A DNA stretch of 64,000 nt, taken from positions 84,338-148,337 of the forward strand of contig CAVTZB010000002.1 in NCBI GenBank assembly GCA_963739115.1, given 5' to 3'. The notes under the pieces were generated by a model. The model was not told where the DNA came from and ran no database searches. It saw only the letters and a list, made by a program, of their open reading frames with translations. The first letter of the stretch is position 1. Each line of letters opens with the position of its first letter. Position numbers and translations under genes: made by a program. This stretch comes from an uncultured Solirubrobacteraceae bacterium (lineage in GTDB: Bacteria > Actinomycetota > Thermoleophilia > Solirubrobacterales > Solirubrobacteraceae). Shown piece by piece: positions 9,557 through 17,860 of the stretch.

Positions 9557-9856
9557 ATGACTGAGGATCCCGAGATCATCGGCGGCCCCACTCCGATTCC
9601 CGTTCCACGCGAGGGCGACCTGTACCGCTGGAAGGTGCAGAACGGGCGCGCCGAACAGCACGTGTACGTCCAGATAGCTGGCTCGCTGAGAGCGGAGAAG
9701 TTCGACGAGCCGCTGCGCTCGGGGATCGAGTCGAAGGGCGAGTCGGTTCTCGTCAAGCTGCTCGAGCGCGGCAACGTCCCCACGCGGATCAAGATCACCT
9801 CCGCGGGGATCACCGAAGTCGGCACGGACCGCCGCTCGCGTCCCTGCTCGGTCTAG
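9557..9856 (+). CDS. Small hypothetical protein (99 aa), probably leaderless
   Basis: CATAAT at 9545-9550, 6 nt before ATG 9557; protein-like composition (MTEDPEIIGG...). Confidence 0.6.
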   Translation: MTEDPEIIGGPTPIPVPREGDLYRWKVQNGRAEQHVYVQIAGSLRAEKFDEPLRSGIESKGESVLVKLLERGNVPTRIKITSAGITEVGTDRRSRPCSV

Positions 9857-10653
9857 CTCCGCGGCCGACCGGCGAGGCGTTCGAGCTGCACGTGGCGCTC
9901 GCGCTCGCGGAATCCCAGCGAGCGATAGATGTCGATCGCGTGGTAGTCGGGGTCGGCGGCGATCACGAGCGTGCTCGCGCCGAGCTCCGCCAGCGCGTAG
10001 CGGCCAGCGGCTAGCAGCAGGTTGGTGGCGAGACCCTCACGGCGGTGCGCCGGGTGGGTGTTGACGCTCTGAAACCGCGCGAGCCCCGCCCCGGCATCGA
10101 AGATCCCGAGGCTAGAGCGCATCTCACCGTGGCAGAACGCTCCGAACCAGCCGCCGTGTCCCTGCTCGCTCACACGGCGGATCGTTCGCATCTGGCGCTC
10201 GAGGTAGTCGCGATAGCCATCCTCGGGGTTCTCCTCGACCGCGTAGCGCAATGCCGTCGCCTGACGCCAGTCGGCGTCGCTCTGCACCTGTCGAAACTCC
10301 ACCGGCGGTGGCTCGCGCGCCGGCGCGCGCAGGCCGTCGGCGCTCAGCACGGCGTCGATCTCGACCGTCATGCCCGCCGCCCGTAGCTCGTCGAGCTCGC
10401 CTGGATCTCCCGCCGGGCTGTCGATGCCGATCGCGACGTAGTCCGCCGCCGGGAACGCCTCGTGGAAGCGCGCGAGCCAGCGCTCGGCATCGCCGCGCCG
10501 CGGCGGCGAGGCGAACAGCAGGAAGTTGCCCCATCGGTACGCCTGGTTCTCGGCGGTGCGCACGACGAGATGGTCCTCGTGCTCGACGACCTCCGCGCCC
10601 TCGAGCTCGCGCAGGCTCAGGTCGGTCCGCCAGCCGAGCGAGCGTACGTGCAC
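9853..10653 (-). CDS. GNAT-family acetyltransferase
   Basis: C-terminal VNTHPAHRREGLATNLL and AIDIYRSLGF motifs; GTG start at 10653 within the long track ORF. Confidence 0.85.
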   Translation of the reverse strand: MHVRSLGWRTDLSLRELEGAEVVEHEDHLVVRTAENQAYRWGNFLLFASPPRRGDAERWLARFHEAFPAADYVAIGIDSPAGDPGELDELRAAGMTVEIDAVLSADGLRAPAREPPPVEFRQVQSDADWRQATALRYAVEENPEDGYRDYLERQMRTIRRVSEQGHGGWFGAFCHGEMRSSLGIFDAGAGLARFQSVNTHPAHRREGLATNLLLAAGRYALAELGASTLVIAADPDYHAIDIYRSLGFRERERHVQLERLAGRPRS

Positions 10654-10661
10654 CGCTCGCT

Positions 10662-11894
10662 CTAGCGCGGCGCGCCGGCGCGCACGAAGCGCTCGGCGAC
10701 CGCGAACGCGCGTTGCATCGTGTCCCAGTCGAGGTTCTCGGGCGTGTCGCTCGGCCAGTGGTAGTTGGCGGGGAACTTGGTCTCGTCGATCGACGCGAGC
10801 GTCGCGGCGGCGTAGCCGCGACGCAGGGCCACGAGCGCGTCGGTCGCGGCAATCGTGCGCAGCCCACGCACGATCTCCACGTCGAGCGCCGCGGCCGCCT
10901 GCGCGAGCCGCTCGCGGGCGGCCTCGCTGTAGTAGCGCATCCGCAGCATGCCCTCGGCCTCGACCAGCGTCAGCGTCGGGCTGCCCACGCACTCGAGGCA
11001 CAGCACCGTCGTGCTCGCCGGGTCGAGGCTCGCGCGGTGGCGGCGGATGAAGCCCTGCATGCCCTCCATGAACGACTCCTCCGAGCCGGTCGAGAGCAGC
11101 AGCACGCGCACGCCCGGCGCCGGGCGCTCGGATAGCGAGCGCGCCAGCGCGAGCAGCACCGCCACTGCGCTGAGGTTGTCGTTCGCGCCGGGGACTACCT
11201 CGCTGCGGCCGATGTCGAGCATTGCGCCCGCTGCGCAGCTCGCGAGCAGCGATCCCGCCCGCACGAGGCCCGCGCGCCCGAGCAGCGACCCGAGCGCCAC
11301 CATCACCGGGCCGAGCCACGTGGCGTACATGATCGGCACGGTCTGCTCCGCGCGCTCGTGTTGTGCGGGAAAGCGCTCTGCGAACAGCCGCGGCAGCGCG
11401 GGGTGGAAGACAAGGCCGCTGTGTGCGGCGTCGTGATGCGCGACCACGACGACCGTCTCCGCGCCGTCCGGGTCGCCGGCCTCGGCGACCACGTTGAACG
11501 TGTCCCGGTGGGGGAGCGCGGCGCGGCGGAACCACAGCCGCCCGCCGCCGAGTTCGTCCCAGATCGCCGCCGCGGCGCCCGCGCCCAGTGCGGCGCTCAG
11601 CAGGCGCAGCCAGCGCGCCGGTCGGCGGCGGACCGCCCACCCCGCCATCGCCATCGAGCCGTTGAGCAGGCCCAGCGGCCACCAGTAGCCGCCATGCGCG
11701 CGCTCGACCTCGATCGTCGCTGTATGGCCGTGCCCGCGGATGCGCGTCGCGATCCACTCGGCCGCCCGGCGCTCGCCCTCAGACGCCGACGCCCGCTCGA
11801 AGCCGGTCAGCTCCTCGACCACCTCGCGCAGCTCCTGCGCGAGCCACGGCTGCGCCGCTGGCTGCGTCCCGTCTGTGGTCACGGTCGAGCTCAC
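10662..11894 (-). CDS. M28-family metallopeptidase with internal TM segments
   Basis: Zn-ligand motifs AHHDAA, GANDNLSAV, SEES, LECVG, YHWPSDT. Confidence 0.85.
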   Translation of the reverse strand: MSSTVTTDGTQPAAQPWLAQELREVVEELTGFERASASEGERRAAEWIATRIRGHGHTATIEVERAHGGYWWPLGLLNGSMAMAGWAVRRRPARWLRLLSAALGAGAAAAIWDELGGGRLWFRRAALPHRDTFNVVAEAGDPDGAETVVVVAHHDAAHSGLVFHPALPRLFAERFPAQHERAEQTVPIMYATWLGPVMVALGSLLGRAGLVRAGSLLASCAAGAMLDIGRSEVVPGANDNLSAVAVLLALARSLSERPAPGVRVLLLSTGSEESFMEGMQGFIRRHRASLDPASTTVLCLECVGSPTLTLVEAEGMLRMRYYSEAARERLAQAAAALDVEIVRGLRTIAATDALVALRRGYAAATLASIDETKFPANYHWPSDTPENLDWDTMQRAFAVAERFVRAGAPR

Positions 11895-11968
11895 GGCGCA
11901 GACGCTAGCCCAGCCGCGCCGCGCGCGCGGTCAAGGTGCCGGCGACGCGCGTCGATAAAGGCAACGCG

Positions 11969-12856
11969 ATGATGCGCCTGACGTCCCCCGCATGCCTGGC
12001 GGGCGCCCTCGCGCTGCTGCTCGCCGTCGGCGTCGGCGTCGGCGCCGAGGCGCGCGAGCTGCACCGGCCGCACGCCGTCGCCCACGCACGCGTCGCCGCC
12101 CACGTTCGCGCCCACGTGGCGATCATCGGCGGCGCGCCGGCGCCGAACGCCGGGTTTCCGTGGCTCGCGGAGGTCATCGACGTGCGCGGAAGCGAGGTCG
12201 CGCAATGCACCGGCACCGTCGTCGCTCCCCGCCTGGTCCTGACGGCGGGCCACTGCGTCGAGAACATGCGAACGGGGACGCTGCGCGATGCGTCCGGCTT
12301 CACCGTGCTGACATTCGCGGGCCTAGCGGCGACCGGCGAGCCGAACGTCTCGACGGTGAGCGGGGTGATCGCCTACGAAGGCTTCAAGCGCGGCGTTGAC
12401 GCTGGCGACGCCGCGCTGCTGGCGCTGTCCGCGCCTGTGAGTGCGCCGCCAATCGCGCTCGCCATCGGCGCCGGCGCCGGCCAGCCAACGGCCGGCACGG
12501 CCGCGACGATCGTGGGGTGGGGGAAGACCCGATTCACACAACGCGGGCCGAGCGAAGCGCTGCACTCGGCCGAGACCGCCGTGCAGGCGAGTGCCTGGTG
12601 TCACCGCTACGCGCCGCCGTTCTTCGCGCACGGTGAGCCGTGCGCGCTCGATCCCCCGAGCGACGCGACCGGCGCCTGCAACGGCGACAGCGGCGGCCCG
12701 CTGCTGACCGCCGGCGTGAACGGCGAACCCGTCGAGGTCGGCATCGCGGTTCACGTCTACGGGCGCTGCTCGACGCGCCGCCCGACGGTGTTCACGCGCG
12801 TCAGCTCTCTGGCGCCGTGGCTGGACAGCTGGATCGCCGCGTACGCCGTCCCGTAG
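11969..12856 (+). CDS. Secreted trypsin-like serine protease (S1)
   Basis: Signal peptide; triad motifs TAGHC, DAALL, GDSGGP. Confidence 0.92.
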   Translation: MMRLTSPACLAGALALLLAVGVGVGAEARELHRPHAVAHARVAAHVRAHVAIIGGAPAPNAGFPWLAEVIDVRGSEVAQCTGTVVAPRLVLTAGHCVENMRTGTLRDASGFTVLTFAGLAATGEPNVSTVSGVIAYEGFKRGVDAGDAALLALSAPVSAPPIALAIGAGAGQPTAGTAATIVGWGKTRFTQRGPSEALHSAETAVQASAWCHRYAPPFFAHGEPCALDPPSDATGACNGDSGGPLLTAGVNGEPVEVGIAVHVYGRCSTRRPTVFTRVSSLAPWLDSWIAAYAVP

Positions 12857-12866
12857 GCTTGACCGC

Positions 12867-13688
12867 GTGAGCGCCATCGCGCAAGCCGGCGGACTGGCAT
12901 ACCGGGAGGCGGGGGAGTCGGGCGCGCCGGCGGTGCTGCTCGTCCACGGCTACCCCGAGTCCTCGTACATGTGGCACCGGGCGCTGCCGGCGCTCGCGGC
13001 CGCGGGCTGGCGCGCGCTCGCGCCCGACCTGGCCGGCTACGGAGACTCCGAGCCCGACCGGGGTGGGGTTGGGCCCGGATCATGGGAGCGCCACGTGCAG
13101 GCGCTCGAGCGCTTCGTGGAGGAGCTGCAGCCGGGACCGGTGGTGCTCGTCACGCACGACTGGGGTGTGCCGATCGGGCTCAAATGGGCGTGCGATCACC
13201 CTGGCGCGACGAATGCGCTGGTGATCTCCGACGGCGGCTTCTTCGCCGACCGTCGCTGGCACGACCTGGCCAACGTGATGCGTACCCCCGGCGAGGGCGA
13301 GCGCCTGATGAGCTCCTACACGCGCGAGGGCTTCGACGCGATGATGCACGCCGTCTCCAGCGGCATGAGCGAGCAGGCGATCGCGGAGTACTGGAAGGCA
13401 TTCGCCGACGACACGCGCCGGCTCGCCCACCTCGAGCTCTACCGCTCGGGCGAGTTCGACAAGCTGATCCCCTACGAGGGCCGCGTCGCCGCGCTGGACG
13501 TGCCCGCGCTGATCGTGTGGGGCGCGGAGGACCGCTTCGCCGGGGTGCGGATGGCCGAGCGCTTCCACGAGGAGCTGCCGGGCTCGGAGCTCGTGATCCT
13601 CGACGGCGCCGGGCACTTCGTCTGGGAGGACGAGCCCGAGCGCACGACCGCGGCACTCGTGGACTTCCTCGCGCGGCGCGTCGGCTGA
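12867..13688 (+). CDS. Alpha/beta hydrolase (haloalkane dehalogenase/epoxide hydrolase-like)
   Basis: HGYPESSYMW, nucleophile elbow HDWG, C-terminal AGHF; -10-like TAGGCT 7 nt upstream. Confidence 0.88.
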   Translation: MSAIAQAGGLAYREAGESGAPAVLLVHGYPESSYMWHRALPALAAAGWRALAPDLAGYGDSEPDRGGVGPGSWERHVQALERFVEELQPGPVVLVTHDWGVPIGLKWACDHPGATNALVISDGGFFADRRWHDLANVMRTPGEGERLMSSYTREGFDAMMHAVSSGMSEQAIAEYWKAFADDTRRLAHLELYRSGEFDKLIPYEGRVAALDVPALIVWGAEDRFAGVRMAERFHEELPGSELVILDGAGHFVWEDEPERTTAALVDFLARRVG

Positions 13689-13755
13689 GCGGCGGTCGCC
13701 GGACACACCCAGGCCGCGGCGCGAGGGCGGATCGGTGCCCGCCCACGCGCTGCGT

Positions 13756-15060
13756 TCACTCGATTCGTACGGTCGGTTCGGTCGCCGAGAGCTGGTCGGG
13801 AAGGTTTATTTCAACGCCGTGCGGCGGGTCCACATGGCCGGCGAGCAGCGGGTCGTCGGTGTCGCGCATCCACGCCTCCAGGCGCCCGCGCAGGTCCGCG
13901 AGCACCGCCGCGTAGGCGGGATCGGCGAGCAGGTTGTTCGCCTCGTTAGGGTCGTACAACAGGTCGTAGAGCTGTTCTTTGGGGATCACGCGCTCGGCCC
14001 ATCCGCCCCGCAGCAGCAGGTCCTTGCTGGGGCCGTCGTCGGTGTTCGGCAACACCGGCGTCAGACGCTCGCCCCAGCGGTGGATGTACTTGTGGCGCCG
14101 GGTGCGGATCGCGCGCTGGGGCTCATACGCCGCGTGCCAGGTCGAGCCCGCGAAGATCTCCTCGCGGGCGCTCGTCGTGTGCCCGTGCAACAGCCCCATC
14201 AACGAGACCCCCTGCAGGAACGGGGGGCGCTCGATCTCCAGGTACTCGCACACCGTGGGGTACACGTCGATGTGCGATACCAGCGCATCGATCACGCGCC
14301 CGCCGTTGAACGGCTCGGGGCCGCGCAGAATCAGCATCACGCCGAGCCCGCGGTCGTACAGCGTCGCCTTGGCGCCGGGGAACGGCATCCCGTGGTCGGT
14401 GGTGAAGATGATCAGCGTGTCGTCCATCAGCCCTGAGGCGTCGAGCTGGTTGAGCACCATGCCGACGCCATGGTCGAGCGAGCGCGCGCTCGCCTTGAAC
14501 GCCGCCACGTCGGCGCGCACCTCGGGCGTGTCGGGCAGGTTGTTCGGCGGCTTGGAGTAGTGAACGTCGCGCAGCGAGCCCGGACCGAGGAATTCACGGT
14601 GGGTCTCGAAGAAGCCGACCGACAGGAACAGCGGGCGATCGCGCGGCCGGCGCAGCACCTCCATCGCCAGCGGCGCGACCGACTCGACGCGCGTCGTCGG
14701 GATCTTCATCACCTCGTCGTAGCCGATCACCTCTGGCTCCTTGGAGATGTGCTGCTCGCCGATCAGCGTCGAGGTGTACCCCACACCGTGCAGCACGTTG
14801 ACGATGTGGTGGTGGTAGTCGCGCAGCGACCACCCGCGGTGGGCGAGCCCGAGCATGCCGTTGCTCTGCCCGTACTGCCCGGTCAGCAGGCACGCGCGGC
14901 TCGCCGAGCACGTCGGGGCTGCGCAGAACGCCTCGCGGAAGAGCACCCCCTGGTCGGCCAGCGCCTGCACGTTGGGCATCGGCACCGGCTCACCGTAGGG
15001 CTGCACGTAGCGCCCGGTGTCGTGCGAGTGCAGGTAGAGGATGTTCGGACGGTTGGACAC
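13756..15060 (-). CDS. Formylglycine-dependent sulfatase (S1; sulfamidase-like)
   Basis: PNILYLHSHD, signature CSASRACLLTG (CxAxR variant), GFFETH, TTDHG, LYDLLYDPNEANNL. Confidence 0.9.
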   Translation of the reverse strand: MSNRPNILYLHSHDTGRYVQPYGEPVPMPNVQALADQGVLFREAFCAAPTCSASRACLLTGQYGQSNGMLGLAHRGWSLRDYHHHIVNVLHGVGYTSTLIGEQHISKEPEVIGYDEVMKIPTTRVESVAPLAMEVLRRPRDRPLFLSVGFFETHREFLGPGSLRDVHYSKPPNNLPDTPEVRADVAAFKASARSLDHGVGMVLNQLDASGLMDDTLIIFTTDHGMPFPGAKATLYDRGLGVMLILRGPEPFNGGRVIDALVSHIDVYPTVCEYLEIERPPFLQGVSLMGLLHGHTTSAREEIFAGSTWHAAYEPQRAIRTRRHKYIHRWGERLTPVLPNTDDGPSKDLLLRGGWAERVIPKEQLYDLLYDPNEANNLLADPAYAAVLADLRGRLEAWMRDTDDPLLAGHVDPPHGVEINLPDQLSATEPTVRIE

Positions 15061-15092
15061 GGGCTATTGTTCACCAAGGCTGTGTACTTGAC

Positions 15093-15929
15093 ATGACGCC
15101 GATGCTCTCCTACCTCGTGTGCGCCACTCCGCGAAGCGGCAGCACTCTACTGTGCCAGGCACTCAACCAGACCGGGGTCGCCGGGCATCCGGAGGAGTAC
15201 TTCGAGGCGCTGCACCGCTCGGGCCTGCCACGCCGGCCGCACGAGTACTTCGACCCCGACCGCCACGTCAACATCGTCGAACGACTCGCCTTCCGCGAGA
15301 TGCCCCACGGCGCAGCCAAGCCGAACCCGCTGTGGCATCCCGAGACCTACGACCAGTACCTCGCGTGGGCGCTACGGGAGGGAACGACTCCCAACGGCGT
15401 GTTCGGCGCGAAGATCATGTGGGGGTACCTCGGCGACTTCGCGCAGCTGCTGCGCGGGATCGAAGGGATGGGCGGTCGGCCGCTGCCGGAGCTGCTCGGT
15501 CGCGCGTTCCCCGGGCTGCGCTACATCCAGATCACGCGCGAGAACAAGATCCGCCAGGCGGTGTCGCTGTGGAAGGCCGTCCAGACGCAGGCGTGGAAGG
15601 CCGGCGACGAGGTCGAGCGCTCGGTCGAGCTCGTGTTCTCGTTTCGCGCGATCAACTACCTCGTGCGGCTGCTGACCGCGCACGACGCCTCCTGGGACGC
15701 GTACTTCCTGGGCCTCGGCTACGAGCCGCTGAAGCTCACCTACGAGGAGCTCGCCGATAGCACCGATGCGGTCATTCGCCGCGTGCTCGAGCACCTCGGG
15801 ATACCCGCGCCCGAGAACCTCGTCGTCGGTGCGCCGCAGCTCTCGGTGCAGGCGGATGAGATCTCGGAGGGTTGGGTGCGGCGCGTGGACGAGCACCTGC
15901 GCGCGCTGGAGGCGCCGGAGCCCGCGTGA
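15093..15929 (+). CDS. Stf0-family PAPS-dependent sulfotransferase
   Basis: YLVCATPRSGSTLLCQAL, GHPEEYF, TPNGVFGAKIMW, RENKIRQAVSLWKA. Confidence 0.9.
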   Translation: MTPMLSYLVCATPRSGSTLLCQALNQTGVAGHPEEYFEALHRSGLPRRPHEYFDPDRHVNIVERLAFREMPHGAAKPNPLWHPETYDQYLAWALREGTTPNGVFGAKIMWGYLGDFAQLLRGIEGMGGRPLPELLGRAFPGLRYIQITRENKIRQAVSLWKAVQTQAWKAGDEVERSVELVFSFRAINYLVRLLTAHDASWDAYFLGLGYEPLKLTYEELADSTDAVIRRVLEHLGIPAPENLVVGAPQLSVQADEISEGWVRRVDEHLRALEAPEPA

Positions 15930-15943
15930 GTCGCCTTAGGACC

Positions 15944-16198
15944 TCAGCCCCGCGGCTTTGCGCGTTCGACCGCCTCGGCGAGCGCCGCCAAGCTGATATC
16001 CAGGGCGAGCGCGATACGCCGCACGGTCGTCCACGTCGGGTTTGCGTGGCCGCGCTCGATGCGCGCGAACGCCGCCACTGTCAAGCCTGCTCGGTGCGCC
16101 AGATCCTCCTGCGTCTCGCCCCGCTCTACGCGTAAACGCCTCAGAGTGCTCGCTAGTCCGAGATCTGGCTGGTTGGGCGCCGACACAATCAGAAACAT
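15944..16198 (-). CDS. Small XRE/Cro-family HTH regulator
   Basis: LRRLRVERGETQEDLAHRAGL...ARIERGHANPTWTTVRRIALAL. Confidence 0.85.
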   Translation of the reverse strand: MFLIVSAPNQPDLGLASTLRRLRVERGETQEDLAHRAGLTVAAFARIERGHANPTWTTVRRIALALDISLAALAEAVERAKPRG

Positions 16199-16210
16199 CG
16201 CACTTCGCGA

Positions 16211-16250
16211 GTAGCAAGATCCAGACAGCCACCTGCTGGTATCTTACTGC
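16211..16250. promoter_or_regulatory. Imperfect palindrome upstream of the XRE gene (candidate operator)
   Basis: GTAGCAAGAT-CCAG...CTGG-T-ATCTTACTGC; outer arms 8/10 complementary; 12 nt from the XRE start. Confidence 0.45.
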
Positions 16251-16348
16251 CGTCGCGCCATCCCCACAGACGGCGTTGGCTCGGTCGGCATGGGCGCGCC
16301 GCGCGCGCTCGTGCCGGCCTCTGTTCGTGTCGCCGATCCCGCGTCGTC

Positions 16349-16376
16349 CGCGGCCGGCCGCTTGAAGCCGGCCGCG
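16349..16376. terminator. GC-rich hairpin downstream of the IclR-like gene
   Basis: CGCGGCCGGC-8 nt-GCCGGCCGCG, perfect 10-bp stem; no clear U-tract. Confidence 0.4.
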
Positions 16377-16409
16377 ATTTCCGCGTCTGCGCTGCCTGGG
16401 TGTCGGGCG

Positions 16410-16859
16410 CTACGCGCCGGACGGCAGCCGGTACTTGCGCGTCGTGGGGGAGCGCTCGAGCAGTCCCAGCTCGACCAGCGTGAACGCGTAGCGATGAGCC
16501 GTGCTCGGGCTCATCCCCAGCTCGTGCGCGAGCTCGACGATCCCGCGCTCGGCACCGTCGGGGCCGAAGCGCGTGAGCAGCGACAGGCCGCGCAGCAGCG
16601 ATCGCGACATGCGCGGGTCGGCGTCGTCGGCCGCCGGATGCCCGTTGTGCGCGTTGTGCGCGTTGTGCGCGTTGCGATCGTGCTCGGGCGCACCATCATC
16701 GAAGGCGGATGTCTCCCTGTCGCGCAGCGGCGCTCGCAGCGCGCTGCCGATCAGGGTGGACACGCTCGGCGCGCGGCTGTTCGCCGCCGCGCGTACGACC
16801 GCGTCGACCTGGGCGGGGGTGAGGGTGACGGAGATGGAATGCCGCTCGTCTTTTGTCAT
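16410..16859 (-). CDS. IclR-type winged HTH without effector domain; RHH-like N-terminus
   Basis: SRSLLRGLSLL...GIVELAHELGMSPSTAHRYAFTLVELGLLERSPTTRKYRL at the C-terminus; only 149 aa. Confidence 0.8.
   Translation of the reverse strand: MTKDERHSISVTLTPAQVDAVVRAAANSRAPSVSTLIGSALRAPLRDRETSAFDDGAPEHDRNAHNAHNAHNGHPAADDADPRMSRSLLRGLSLLTRFGPDGAERGIVELAHELGMSPSTAHRYAFTLVELGLLERSPTTRKYRLPSGA
16643..16674. repeat. In-frame 9-bp tandem repeat (CGTTGTGCG x3.5)
   Basis: Encodes NAHNAHNAHN in the linker of the IclR-like protein. Confidence 0.85.
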
Positions 16860-16923
16860 CGCGCGAGGTTCGCATATTCAGACGATTGTCTGCAAGCGGT
16901 GTTTCTCAGTCCGGACAGACTGC

Positions 16924-16935
16924 TTGCACGTGCAA
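16924..16935. promoter_or_regulatory. Perfect 12-bp palindrome TTGCACGTGCAA in the IclR/DsbA spacer
   Basis: 10 nt upstream of the dsbA-like GTG; CAGAC-GATT-GTCTG (16879-16892) lies in the same 86-bp spacer. Confidence 0.45.
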
Positions 16936-16945
16936 TCATTGTCGT

Positions 16946-17824
16946 GTGAGCACGATCGCCGTCACGCACTTCACAGACCCGGGCTGCCCGTTCGCCTACT
17001 CCGCCAGCCCGGCGCTGGCTGTGCTGCGCTGGCGCTACGGCGATCAGCTCGACTGGCGCCTGGTCACGATCGGGCTGGCCGAGGACCCGCAGCGCTACCT
17101 CGACGCCGGCTACACGCCCACACGCTCGACGATCGGCCAGCAGAGCTACTTCAGGCGCTTCGGCATGCCGCTGCTGATGGAGCCCCGTGCGCGAGTGACC
17201 GCCACCTCGCGCGCCTGCCGCGCGATCGTCGCCACGCGCCGGCTCTACCCCGGCCGCGAGGACGAGGTGCTGCGCGCGCTGCAACTCGCGTGGTTCACGA
17301 CCCCGCTGCTGCTCGACGAGAACGCCGACATCGCGCAGGCGCTCGCGCGTGTCGAGGGGCTCGACGTCGCGGGCGTGATCGCCGCGATCGACGACCCCGA
17401 GACGCTCGCCGCCTATGAGGACGACAAGGAGCAGACGCGCAGCGCCGAGGGCGGGCCGACCGACTTCCAGGGCAAGGCGCGCCAGACCGACGGCCCGGTG
17501 CGCTACTCAGCTCCGTCGCTCGTCTTCCAGAACGGAGCCGGGCTGCGCCTGGAGGCGGGCGGCTTTCAGACGATCGACGCATACGACGTGCTGATCGCCA
17601 ACCTCGACCCGACGCTCGAGCGTCAGGCGCCGCCCGATGAGGCGATCGAAGCGCTGCAGCGGTTCCCCGACGGGCTCGTCACCGCCGAGGTCGCCGCGAT
17701 CCTCGCGCAGAACAACCAGCTCCCCGACCGCGCAGCCGCCGAGCGCGCGCTGATCGAGCTCACCGGAGCGGGCGCCGTGCGCCGCGAAGCGCTCGCCGAC
17801 GACGCGCTCTGGCGAATCGCCTGA
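16946..17824 (+). CDS. DsbA/thioredoxin-fold protein with single Cys
   Basis: VTHFTDPGCPFAY (CxxA rather than CxxC), YSAPSL cis-Pro loop. Confidence 0.78.
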   Translation: MSTIAVTHFTDPGCPFAYSASPALAVLRWRYGDQLDWRLVTIGLAEDPQRYLDAGYTPTRSTIGQQSYFRRFGMPLLMEPRARVTATSRACRAIVATRRLYPGREDEVLRALQLAWFTTPLLLDENADIAQALARVEGLDVAGVIAAIDDPETLAAYEDDKEQTRSAEGGPTDFQGKARQTDGPVRYSAPSLVFQNGAGLRLEAGGFQTIDAYDVLIANLDPTLERQAPPDEAIEALQRFPDGLVTAEVAAILAQNNQLPDRAAAERALIELTGAGAVRREALADDALWRIA

Positions 17825-17860
17825 AAAGTCTCGCCGCGGCCGGGTAGCCTCCAGCGCTCG

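Noticed and set aside
2443-15929. P450 + sulfotransferase + men genes as a sulfomenaquinone (Cyp128/Stf3) pathway
   Set aside because: The genes are unlinked, the sulfotransferase has Stf0-type rather than Stf3-type motifs, and the P450 is tied to ethA.
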